Positions 17,811 through 26,660 of a DNA stretch of 64,000 bases are shown here, in pieces. This DNA is from an uncultured Porphyromonadaceae bacterium (lineage in GTDB: Bacteria; Bacteroidota; Bacteroidia; Bacteroidales; Muribaculaceae), in NCBI GenBank assembly GCA_900547825.1, contig URII01000004.1, positions 5,416-69,415 on the forward strand, written 5' to 3'. A program made the position numbers and the translations under genes. Numbering within the stretch: position 1 is the stretch's first letter; the number at the start of each line of letters is the position of its first letter. Below the pieces are notes generated by a model, which was not told where the DNA came from, did not search any database, and saw nothing but the letters and a program-made list of their open reading frames with translations.

Positions 17811-20800
17811 CTAATTAAGATATTTATCAAGAATGGCTTGTTTCTTAGACGGAATCTGTGCCTGTATACCACGAAGCCTTGCTATTTCAGTATCAATAGC
17901 TATAAACTCGGATGCGATTCTTCGCTGTTCCTCTATATCTTTTGGTAAGACTATCTCAAATTTTTCAATTGTATCTTTACGACCACGAGGCATCTTCATA
18001 CCGGAAACATCCTGCATGATATAATCAAAAAACTCGTTTCTACGGAGGGCGTAATATACGAATGCTGAATCAACCTCTTGGGGATTGAGATTGTGTAACA
18101 CCAAAACATCAGGGTTGCATCCGCCCTCTCTATCTGCAAGCCAAAGTTTCTTAAGATAGGGTCTAATATTTGACAATAATATATCCCCCGGATAATAGGC
18201 TATCACGTTTGTGATTTCAGGCAAACCATTATACGGTCTTACACCTGCACATTCTGGAAGCATGTTATCCGTACTCACAAATGAGTCCGCTGCAATTTGA
18301 GAATATGGAATTCTCTCATTGGCGAAGGGCATTATTCCTGCCAAAGATATGTTATTCCCATTAATGTTGTTCTGCAATGAAAGTATCCTTGCGTTCAATT
18401 CTTGTATTTCATCTTCAATTATACGGTATTCCCTATCTAATTGAGAACATTCTTGCACAATTTTATTCTGGATTGCCGTGTTTGGTTTAGGGATGAAATA
18501 GTTTTTCAGATATTTAAAATGACGTTCATATTTCCCGTGATTAATTATATCAAGGGAACTTAGGTAAAAATACAAATATTTGAGCGAAATAGAAGAATCT
18601 GAAATTTTTATAAGTTGGGTTCCATCAGCTCCTCTTACAAAAGGCTCATCCAAATATTTAAAGGTGCATGAGTGATCGCCGAATACAATCAATGGCACAT
18701 CTGTGATTGGATTATCATCATAATATCCTGACACCACGATACCTTTTTCTTGGGTAATGACCGGATACCTGCCTGTTTCTTGAATCTTATTCGTGTCGAT
18801 TTTTGTGGTTTCACCATTAATTCCATCTAAAATATCGCCTAATTTTACGATTGGATACTTTGTTTTCGGTCTGAATGAGAAAGCAAAGTTGGTTTTGAAT
18901 TCTTTCTTAAACCCTACGGACTTGAAGTCAAGCATATCCACTAAATTCCCAAAAGTGCAATACTCTCCGCAATCATCAGGGATGATATAATCCTCCCCTA
19001 TAAAATTACAGCGAATCAGTGAGTTGATTTTATTTGAATCAGCGAGGTTGTCTGGGTTAAATAGAGGTGTTACAATACCATTGATGCCTCGAATCTGTTG
19101 CATCGTGTCATCGTCAGCCTCATTATCGGAATTACCATTCTCTGTTGAATTTGTGGATGTGCCAATATGAAGGTATTTAATTCCCTCATTCCCTTTAGTA
19201 TTGCTCCATTCATATCCGAGGAATTTTTTCCCTTCAGATGTACCTGATGGCATATTTACGATAAGAACCGGACAAGGAGCATTATATGCCAGCATGAAAA
19301 AGAATAATTTATCTTGTTCGATGGATTTTACAAAAGAATGAAATGTCTCACGTCTGATTTTATCCTGTTCTTCTGCCCTCTTGTTTTTGAATGCCTTTGA
19401 TTTCTCCTGTGATTTGAAACGGGTGCGGATTTTCTTAGCTGCTTCAAGTACGCCCGACATTGCATTTCTACCGTTACCGAAGAAAGCACGATGGTACGAC
19501 TTAAACATTTCAGTAGACTGGAGAGAGTCCTCTATATAACCTTTTAAGAAGTGTTTGTAGTCATCCATATTGTATCCCATATGACAGCAATAGGCCGCGA
19601 GTAAATGGGAATCTTTATAAATAGAATCGGTTTCAGCACGTCCGCTGAACCAATCTTCCATTCGGCACCAATAATGCTCGGATTCGGATGTATTGGTTTC
19701 CTTGCGACGAAGGAACAGCACAACTGTATTCGTACTCGTTTTCCCAAATGTGCCTTTATCAAACTTCACCAAAGATATCAAATCAAACGATTTAAGAATC
19801 ACCTCTCGTGCACGAGTATAAATTCCATCCTTCGTGAGAACAGATACTGGCAATACAATAGCTGCCACACCGCCAGATTTTAATAACTGCGCAGCCCGCT
19901 CAATAAAGAAAGTTTCGATGGCATTGTTCTTGTCAACATTTATGTCATCGTTGAAAATTGAATAACGTTTGCGTTGTTTCTCCGATAACGTTTCTAAGAA
20001 TCCTGAAACCGAATATGGCGGATTCGCAACAAGAACATTGAACGTTCCATCTCTCAGTTCATTAATTTTTTCAAGTGCATCCGCATATATGATGTTTGTA
20101 TCATCGTGGCCATACATGAAAGCAGATACTTTGGAAACTTTTGATAGACGGTATTCCTTCTCGATACCATATATGTTGGCATAGAAATCTTTCAGTCTAT
20201 TATTTCCGTGGTATTTCCCCACAAATTCTTTGATACGAAAAGCATATTCAGTAAGGAAATGTCCTGCGCCACAAGCATAATCTATGGCTAATGGCGGTTC
20301 CTGATTGTTCTTGATGATGTTTTCAAGAGGCAAGGAAGAAACAATGAAACGGACAATAGGCATCGGGGTGAAGAATTGCCCTTCGCTTTGTTTTACTCCC
20401 TTGTTAAGAAAACCCTCAAACAGGTCTCCAAGAAGCTGGTTTTGGTAGTTCTCGCTTGTACGAAGGCGTATGTCTTGGAGCATTTTTACAATCTTTCGCA
20501 ATACAATGGCATTCTGCTTAAACAACCTTTCGTTATGCACACTGATAAAAGCAAAATCGTTGTCAGAAAAGAACTTCAACGCGCGGAAATATTCCTTGAT
20601 TGTCTTTTTAGTAGCATCAAGGTCATTTACCACCCATCGGAATGCTTTATCAATTTCGCTATTCTCAATATATGTTACATCCTCTCCAAGGAATTTCTTC
20701 ATACCGTCACGATAGAGCCTTTGCAAACGATCCTGAAGAGAGAAATCATCATCATAAGAGGTGCCTTTCCAATAGAAATGCAAGTCATTCGGATTGTTGG

Positions 20801-21668
20801 TCTCGTCAACTACTTTAGCTAAAAACAGATTGACAAGTTTATCAAATGCGTTCTCATGGCTACCTACATTGTGTTGACGCAAGATAACGGCAAATTCATT
20901 GTATTTTTTCTTAATTTCCTCGGAGTCAACCTCCCTCAAATCGCTGTTTGCATCGTAAGAATTTTCTCTGACATCAAATTTTTTGTCAAAAGCACCTCGT
21001 GTCAAATAATCATATTCATAGGTGTCTTTCCAAACATTGAAATATTCTCGGTAATCTCCGCCATTTGATGTAACTGAAGAATAACTTATCAAATCTTTAT
21101 CTGAAGATATACGGTCTTCATTATCAGTCATCTTAATTACTCGATAAGAGGACTGAGAACAGCCATTAACAATATCAGCGGTATATAAACATATATACTG
21201 AGCTTGACGATAAGAATTGTAATATCTGAAGAGTTGCCCTCCGTCAAGCAACATTCTTTGCCATTCTTTGCTATATTCATCTCTATCGTCGCCCGTCGTT
21301 TTGCATTCAATCAACATAAATGGGACACCGTCATTGCCCGTTATGAGAATATCACCATAGTAATTCCCATCCTCTCTTCCACCTGGTGTTTTAGGCTCTA
21401 AAACGATATTAGATGGATGGTAGCCAATCTTCAGCAACTGGCAAACACACTCCAATACCACAAAATTTTCATTATCGGAAAAATTTAGGGTAGTAGCTCT
21501 TTCAATTTTAAGTTCTTTTGGATATATGATTTGAAGGGTAGAAAAATCTACGGATATTTGCATGTCGTTTTCAAGAAAACGTCGTGTCATAACATCATTG
21601 ATACTTGTAACATCTCTTGCAAATTCCAATGAATACAACAATTCTCGTAAATTATCCTTCGTAATCAT
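17811..21668 (-). CDS. Single-polypeptide restriction-modification-specificity enzyme (Type IIB/IIG-like: PD-ExK nuclease + gamma-class N6-adenine methyltransferase + two HsdS-type TRDs)
   Basis: 1285 aa. N-terminal GDILITGNDGVPFMLIECK...GGQLFRY (D106, E121, K123). FFTP (432-435), AdoMet motif DYACGAGHF (463-471), catalytic NPPY (549-552). The C-terminal third has two HsdS-like target-recognition domains (YPIVKLGDILDGINGETTKI..., ISLAGIMPFANERIPYSQIA...), each followed by a coiled-coil conserved region. Confidence 0.9.
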   Translation of the reverse strand: MITKDNLRELLYSLEFARDVTSINDVMTRRFLENDMQISVDFSTLQIIYPKELKIERATTLNFSDNENFVVLECVCQLLKIGYHPSNIVLEPKTPGGREDGNYYGDILITGNDGVPFMLIECKTTGDDRDEYSKEWQRMLLDGGQLFRYYNSYRQAQYICLYTADIVNGCSQSSYRVIKMTDNEDRISSDKDLISYSSVTSNGGDYREYFNVWKDTYEYDYLTRGAFDKKFDVRENSYDANSDLREVDSEEIKKKYNEFAVILRQHNVGSHENAFDKLVNLFLAKVVDETNNPNDLHFYWKGTSYDDDFSLQDRLQRLYRDGMKKFLGEDVTYIENSEIDKAFRWVVNDLDATKKTIKEYFRALKFFSDNDFAFISVHNERLFKQNAIVLRKIVKMLQDIRLRTSENYQNQLLGDLFEGFLNKGVKQSEGQFFTPMPIVRFIVSSLPLENIIKNNQEPPLAIDYACGAGHFLTEYAFRIKEFVGKYHGNNRLKDFYANIYGIEKEYRLSKVSKVSAFMYGHDDTNIIYADALEKINELRDGTFNVLVANPPYSVSGFLETLSEKQRKRYSIFNDDINVDKNNAIETFFIERAAQLLKSGGVAAIVLPVSVLTKDGIYTRAREVILKSFDLISLVKFDKGTFGKTSTNTVVLFLRRKETNTSESEHYWCRMEDWFSGRAETDSIYKDSHLLAAYCCHMGYNMDDYKHFLKGYIEDSLQSTEMFKSYHRAFFGNGRNAMSGVLEAAKKIRTRFKSQEKSKAFKNKRAEEQDKIRRETFHSFVKSIEQDKLFFFMLAYNAPCPVLIVNMPSGTSEGKKFLGYEWSNTKGNEGIKYLHIGTSTNSTENGNSDNEADDDTMQQIRGINGIVTPLFNPDNLADSNKINSLIRCNFIGEDYIIPDDCGEYCTFGNLVDMLDFKSVGFKKEFKTNFAFSFRPKTKYPIVKLGDILDGINGETTKIDTNKIQETGRYPVITQEKGIVVSGYYDDNPITDVPLIVFGDHSCTFKYLDEPFVRGADGTQLIKISDSSISLKYLYFYLSSLDIINHGKYERHFKYLKNYFIPKPNTAIQNKIVQECSQLDREYRIIEDEIQELNARILSLQNNINGNNISLAGIMPFANERIPYSQIAADSFVSTDNMLPECAGVRPYNGLPEITNVIAYYPGDILLSNIRPYLKKLWLADREGGCNPDVLVLHNLNPQEVDSAFVYYALRRNEFFDYIMQDVSGMKMPRGRKDTIEKFEIVLPKDIEEQRRIASEFIAIDTEIARLRGIQAQIPSKKQAILDKYLN

Positions 21669-21885
21669 AGTTACAGCCTCAAAAGTGAAAATTCCAATGT
21701 AGCATACGAGGCTGACCTCCTCGAGCTATGCTCGCTTCGCCACTACGAAGAATGCCTTAAGCGACTACGTTGGAGCTTCCAATGTTTTGTTTACGGCTTG
21801 CGCCATTATGTCGTTGTTATATTATTCTTTGCCAAGGCAAAACGCCAAGGCTATGAGGTCATTTCGCATCATGATGCTTAGATTA

Positions 21886-21904
21886 CAAAGTTAATCATTT
21901 CCCG
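21886..21904. repeat. Right copy of the imperfect direct repeat flanking the insert (CAAAGTTAATCATTTCCCG)
   Basis: See 14052-14072. The first 8 nt also form a minus-strand TAACTTTG -7 box about 215 nt upstream of the R-M-S start codon. Confidence 0.5.
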
Positions 21905-21966
21905 TGAAATTTTTGGCCTGCAAACCCTATTTTATGCGTTGATAATCGCGTTATTGGCTTGATTGG

Positions 21967-23238
21967 TCAGTTTTTTGTGGTGGAGGGGAGCTTTACGGAA
22001 AGGGCCACGATGATGGTGACGGCGCAGCAGAGCATTGTCCAGATGAAGAAGTTGAAGTAGCCCACGGTTTCCTGCAACCAGCCGGCCCACATTCCGGGCA
22101 CCATCATGCCGAGGGCCATAAGTCCGGTGGCTATGGCATAATGGGATGTACGCCACTGGCCGTCGGAAAAATGAATCAGATAGAGGGTATAGGCCGTGGA
22201 TCCGAAACCATAACCAAACTGCTCTATCAGCACACATAGATTGACGGTAAGCAACGACGGCGTGACACCGCAACTGAGATACACGAATGTAAGGCAGGTG
22301 AGCGACATGCTCCACGCCATGGGCATCATCCACCGCCGCAGGCCGCCACGGCTCACAGCCCAGCCGCCGGCCACTCCTCCGGCGAGCAAAGCTCCCACTC
22401 CCACTGTTCCGTAGGCCACTCCCACCTGGGCGGTTGTAAGCCCGAGGCCACCGCTCTCAGGCGAGTCGAGCAGAAAGGGGCTTATAAGTTTCACCAACTG
22501 GGCTTCCGGGAAGCGGTAGAGAAGCATGAACAGCAGGGCCGTAACAGCATGGGGCTTGGTGAAAAAGGTTGTAACCGAAGCCTTGAAATCGGCAAAAACA
22601 CCAGCCACCGTATGAGGCGACGCACTGTGCCTGTCGACGGCAGGACGCGGCAACACAAAGCTGTGGTAGAGTGCCATGACCACAAACGCCACCGAAACGG
22701 TCCCAAGCGTTATCTGCCACGCCCTCGTTATTCCGGCGCCAGCTTCAAGCCACCCGGCCATAACCACAAGTGCGCCCTGCCCGGTGATCATGGCAAGCCG
22801 GTAGAAAAGCGTGCGTATGCCTACAAACAACGACTGGTCACGCTGTGAGAGGCCCATCATATAAAAGCCGTCGGCGGCTATGTCATGCGTGGCCGACACG
22901 AAAGCGAGCAACCAGAAAACAGCCAATGTGGCCGCAAAAAACGATGGCAACGGCAACAACAGCGCCACACCGGCAAAACAAGCGCCAACAGCCCACTGCA
23001 TGGCTACTATCCAACGGCGCTTTGTGGAAAACATATCCACAAACGGACTCCACAGCGGTTTTATGACCCAAGGCAGATAAAGCCATGCCGTGTAGAGGGC
23101 TATATCAGCGTTCCCAACCCCGAGGCGCTTGTACATTATCACAGCGAGGGTCATCACGGCCACATAGGGCAACCCCTCGGCAAAATAAAGGGTAGGCACC
23201 CACCGCCACGCATTGAGCTGCTGCTTCCGTGAGTCCAT
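21967..23238 (-). CDS. ampG: AmpG family muropeptide MFS transporter
   Basis: 423 aa. WRWVPTLYFAEGLPYVAVMTLAVIMYKRLG...LPWVIKPLWSPFVD is the AmpG signature region. 12-14 predicted TM helices. Confidence 0.85.
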   Translation of the reverse strand: MDSRKQQLNAWRWVPTLYFAEGLPYVAVMTLAVIMYKRLGVGNADIALYTAWLYLPWVIKPLWSPFVDMFSTKRRWIVAMQWAVGACFAGVALLLPLPSFFAATLAVFWLLAFVSATHDIAADGFYMMGLSQRDQSLFVGIRTLFYRLAMITGQGALVVMAGWLEAGAGITRAWQITLGTVSVAFVVMALYHSFVLPRPAVDRHSASPHTVAGVFADFKASVTTFFTKPHAVTALLFMLLYRFPEAQLVKLISPFLLDSPESGGLGLTTAQVGVAYGTVGVGALLAGGVAGGWAVSRGGLRRWMMPMAWSMSLTCLTFVYLSCGVTPSLLTVNLCVLIEQFGYGFGSTAYTLYLIHFSDGQWRTSHYAIATGLMALGMMVPGMWAGWLQETVGYFNFFIWTMLCCAVTIIVALSVKLPSTTKN

Positions 23239-24443
23239 CAGCTGTAGATCTTTGTAAGTTGACTGCCGGGAAAATAGTGGGCCAGAATATCACGGTAGCC
23301 ATAACCTTCCGCAGCCATCTGCGCGGCCCCTATCTGACACAGCCCCACACCGTGGCCCCACCCTGCGCCATGAAGTGTGAAGCCGGCAGGATGGCCCGAA
23401 CTGTCGTGAGGGTGAGCAGCGACGGTAAAAGCAGAGCTGTAGAGATGTGTTTCGGAAAGCGTGCGCCTGATCATCAGCTCCTTTCCTATCACCACCTCCC
23501 CGAGCGTGCCGCGCACAAGAAGGCGCACTATGCGGCCGCTGCGGCCCCGCTCCAACGGGCGCAGTTCCACGATCTCGCCCAACTGCACCTCAGATAACCT
23601 GCGGGCCACAATGGCCGACAGTTCCGCACGGGTATAGGTTACCGACCACCGGTAGAAATCGCGGGTGGCCTGATCATAATCGTTAAGCACCTGACACAGC
23701 GTACGTTCGGTGGCCCGTCCGCAGAATGCGTCAGGGCGCCCTTCAATCCACTCAGCAGCGTTAGCCTCATCCGTAAGGTCAGGCAGCCCGGACAGTTCCG
23801 AGTCACGCTTGGCTTGCAGATAGGAATGTTCCTCGTCGCCGCTCCAGCAGGCACCGAACTCCTCCATTGCCCCACCGCAACATTTCGAGAAGCGGGCATC
23901 GCACAGGCGCCCGCTGCCGTCAGTAAGCACAAGGCCGCGGGTGGCGTCAACAGCCTCCATGACAACAGGGCGGTAAGCGTTCGTGACACCCTGATAACGC
24001 TGACAATGGTCGTCGGCGCACACATCAAACAGGTCATGATCCTCACGGTCCCACCACCGTATTATCTCTCCATCGGCCTCTCTACATACATTACCGCCGG
24101 CTCTGACCGCACCACGGCTCTCTATCTGCGAAAGCAGCCATGAACGCGAAATCACAGCATGGGCTTTAAGGAGTTCGGAGGAAGCCCCGGCACTCATTTC
24201 CGATGAAATAACACTCCGGAGATATTCCTCCACACCCACCCGGTTTATCGCCACAACTCCAGTGGAAGTATGTTTAAGCCTGAGCTGACCGGAAAATGTA
24301 AGGTCGCGCTGCTGCTGCCAATGAAAACCGATCCCTATCGTGACACCTTTAAGCCTGAAACGTTCAGGTCCTACGGTTTCAACCTCAATCTCAGGGGTTT
24401 CCATTATGCCTACATCAACGGTAGGTTCCTTGTCATATCGCAT
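23238..24443 (-). CDS. SpoIID/LytB domain protein (cell-wall lytic-transglycosylase/amidase-enhancer family)
   Basis: I chose the start at ATG 24441-24443 (MRYDKEPTVDVGIM). ...EEYLRSVISSEMSAGASSELLKAHAVISRSW...DDHCQRYQG... is typical of SpoIID/LytB. The stop overlaps the ampG start by 1 nt (TGATG). Confidence 0.8.
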   Translation of the reverse strand: MRYDKEPTVDVGIMETPEIEVETVGPERFRLKGVTIGIGFHWQQQRDLTFSGQLRLKHTSTGVVAINRVGVEEYLRSVISSEMSAGASSELLKAHAVISRSWLLSQIESRGAVRAGGNVCREADGEIIRWWDREDHDLFDVCADDHCQRYQGVTNAYRPVVMEAVDATRGLVLTDGSGRLCDARFSKCCGGAMEEFGACWSGDEEHSYLQAKRDSELSGLPDLTDEANAAEWIEGRPDAFCGRATERTLCQVLNDYDQATRDFYRWSVTYTRAELSAIVARRLSEVQLGEIVELRPLERGRSGRIVRLLVRGTLGEVVIGKELMIRRTLSETHLYSSAFTVAAHPHDSSGHPAGFTLHGAGWGHGVGLCQIGAAQMAAEGYGYRDILAHYFPGSQLTKIYS

Positions 24444-25371
24444 AGGACAGTATATCAAGTATGAATTTATCAACCTGCTGCTTGCCGAGCGACACCTCGG
24501 CGAGCAACGATTTCAGGCGGTCAGAGTCCATCAGCCGGTAGTCACGCTCGTTGACTGTGATCACACATCCCGCCACATCGGCAGCTCCCGGGCTGAACAT
24601 AGTAGTGCCCTCGCCTCCCCCGGCATTATACGAAGCCGGGCGATGGGCGCCGCGTGGAAATACAGTAATGCAGTCCTTTCCGCCATCATGCCACGCCATG
24701 ATATTGACCATCGGTTCCTTTCCCTGCGCCGCAGGCAGCGAATCAAGCACGGCATACACAGCCGGAACTATATCCGTGCCTTCTATCTTAACGGGGGTGA
24801 CGGGCATATCGGGGTGTAAGATTATGCGCCAGCCGGGAGCTTCCCTGAGTTTAAGGCGCTTGGTGCGGACAGGTCGCAGAGCGGGGAAATAGTCCAGCGG
24901 CGCAGCCTGAAAATGGAAATGGTCGGGAGCCGAAGCCCCACACTCAGGCCCGTTGTAGAACACAGCCATGCCGGGAAGCAAGCGCGCCAGCTCCACCATA
25001 CGTTCCACATTGCCCTGTATGGACTGGGCCGTATGCTCCGGATGGATTATAGTGAAATGCTCCACCGTTATTGGAAAAGGATTCACACAGAGATCAAAAC
25101 CGGCCACGCTCAACCGCTCCTGCTCCGCAGGCCGGTTGGCACGGCACAAAAAGCATGGGCGTGCGGCTATGGCATCACGGCTCACGTCGGCCCGTGCGCT
25201 GACCTGGCGCGCCCGGTTGAAATAAACGTAGTAAAGGTTATGGTCTATCGATACGCTTGTCTTCTCTACACCAGAGAGTTCACGACAACGGACTGAAAAT
25301 TCAGGCCATGATTCCATCTGCCGTCCGTAAAGCTGCTTTACCGCATCGATCTTCGTGCCGAGAGTTCCCAT
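24433..25371 (-). CDS. DUF4922-like protein of the HIT/GalT superfamily (predicted sugar-1-phosphate nucleotidylyltransferase or phosphorylase)
   Basis: 312 aa. CFLC (aa 73-76) and HFHFQ (aa 151-155) mirror the CxxC zinc site and HxHxQ active site of GalT / Ap4A phosphorylase / GDP-L-galactose phosphorylase. Confidence 0.65.
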   Translation of the reverse strand: MGTLGTKIDAVKQLYGRQMESWPEFSVRCRELSGVEKTSVSIDHNLYYVYFNRARQVSARADVSRDAIAARPCFLCRANRPAEQERLSVAGFDLCVNPFPITVEHFTIIHPEHTAQSIQGNVERMVELARLLPGMAVFYNGPECGASAPDHFHFQAAPLDYFPALRPVRTKRLKLREAPGWRIILHPDMPVTPVKIEGTDIVPAVYAVLDSLPAAQGKEPMVNIMAWHDGGKDCITVFPRGAHRPASYNAGGGEGTTMFSPGAADVAGCVITVNERDYRLMDSDRLKSLLAEVSLGKQQVDKFILDILSYAI

Positions 25372-26660
25372 GTGCGTAAACGGTCCTTATAGAAATTGAA
25401 TCTGTTGATTTTTTCAGGCGACGGCGAAGCGTCGGAATTACCCGTCCACCGGCGGCAAAGATAAAGTTCGTCGAATATGCGCCCTATCCTGTACTCCCTT
25501 GATATTCTGAGGGCCATAGCGTAATCCTCGCCGTACGACACGTCAGGCATTCTCAGGCGACGCGCCAATGAGGTAAGGAAAGCCCGCGGCGCCCCCATTC
25601 CGTTGATGCGTAGCAGATTGTTGGGGCCGTTGCTGTCGGTCCACTCCGCATGGTCTATCAGACCGGGGGGCAGAGTATTCAGTTCAAAATCAGTCAAGCG
25701 ATAGCTTCCCACCACCATGGCATAACGCCCCTCGCGGAATTTTGCCACAACACGCTCCAAGACATCGGGGCCGCTGTAGAGGTCATCGCTGTCGAGCTGC
25801 ACAGCAAAACGCCCGCACTGCCCATGGTCAAACGCCATATTCCAGCAGCCACCTATCCCCAAACCCTCATGGTCAGGCCTTATATGCACCAGCCGGCTGT
25901 CGGAGGCGGCAATACCGGCCAGCAGTTCGGTAGTGCCGTCGGTGGAGAAATTATCCACCACAATGACATTGAACGGAAATGACGCTTTCTGAGCCAGAGC
26001 GCTGCGCACTGCATCGCCCACTGTAGACACGCGGTTCCTGACAGGTATCACCACCGAGGCCTCCACCGGAAACTCACCTGAGTCGATATCGGCTTCCGCA
26101 GCATCCAATCCGTTGATATAGCCGCCGGTGCGCCTGAGATAATCCGTCACCGCCTCCTCCCGTTCAATCTGGGCGGAGCGGTTGCGCGGATCCACATAAT
26201 CGAACTGCGAGCAGTCAGCCGCAGTGTCAGCCTCATAAAGAATCTCAGGTATACGGACTATAGGCCCGCGCTCCGAGAGCCTCAGCCGCAGGTCATAGAA
26301 TCCGGCAGTAAGATAGCCGCAACGCTCCATAGCCACCGCACAATCCTTAAGTGTTTCTGTGCGCACCATCACCATCAGTCCGAAATCAAAATCATCACGC
26401 AGCGATCCCGGTTGGCAATCGATCAGCTCCACACCGCGCCCTGCGGCTATGTCATGGAAATGGGCATATACCATGGTCGCACCCGTATCATCGGCAACAC
26501 GCATCATACGCTCCGCCATTCCGGGGTGCGGTACAATACGGCAAGGGTTTGTGAGCAACATAGTGTAGCGTCCGGAGGCACTCCGGGCCGCACGGATCAC
26601 ATCGTCAACCGATACTATAAGCGGAGCATCAACCGCACTGTCATTCATCGCCATCAGCAT
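25338..26660 (-). CDS. Two-domain glycosyltransferase (C-terminal GT2 domain)
   Basis: 440 aa. The C-terminal half VVIPVRNRVSTVGDAVRSALAQ...VIVVDNFSTDGT...QLDSDDLY is GT2. The N-terminal about 190 aa is also nucleotide-sugar-transferase-like but degenerate. Confidence 0.8.
   Translation of the reverse strand: MLMAMNDSAVDAPLIVSVDDVIRAARSASGRYTMLLTNPCRIVPHPGMAERMMRVADDTGATMVYAHFHDIAAGRGVELIDCQPGSLRDDFDFGLMVMVRTETLKDCAVAMERCGYLTAGFYDLRLRLSERGPIVRIPEILYEADTAADCSQFDYVDPRNRSAQIEREEAVTDYLRRTGGYINGLDAAEADIDSGEFPVEASVVIPVRNRVSTVGDAVRSALAQKASFPFNVIVVDNFSTDGTTELLAGIAASDSRLVHIRPDHEGLGIGGCWNMAFDHGQCGRFAVQLDSDDLYSGPDVLERVVAKFREGRYAMVVGSYRLTDFELNTLPPGLIDHAEWTDSNGPNNLLRINGMGAPRAFLTSLARRLRMPDVSYGEDYAMALRISREYRIGRIFDELYLCRRWTGNSDASPSPEKINRFNFYKDRLRTWELSARRSMR

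Larger units (their letters stand above)
14073..21885. other. Putative horizontally acquired defence/Fic island with no recombinase gene
   Basis: Visibly AT-rich relative to the flanks, most strongly at 16.0-21.7 kb where K/N/I/F/Y-rich proteins are encoded. The gene content is typical of variable loci. Flanked by the direct repeat. Confidence 0.5.

Noticed and set aside
21694-21773. An about 80-nt multi-stem inverted-repeat element that at first glance looked like a cloverleaf tRNA.
   Set aside because: It has no T-loop (GTTCRANYC) or D-loop consensus, no 7-nt anticodon loop in the right place, and the stem lengths do not fit a tRNA. I kept it only as a possible leader or regulatory structure.
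14073-21885. Search for an integrase, transposase, tRNA target or conjugation genes that would define the insert as an active mobile element.
   Set aside because: None is visible in any frame. The region is therefore reported as an island with repeat-marked edges, not as a mobile element.
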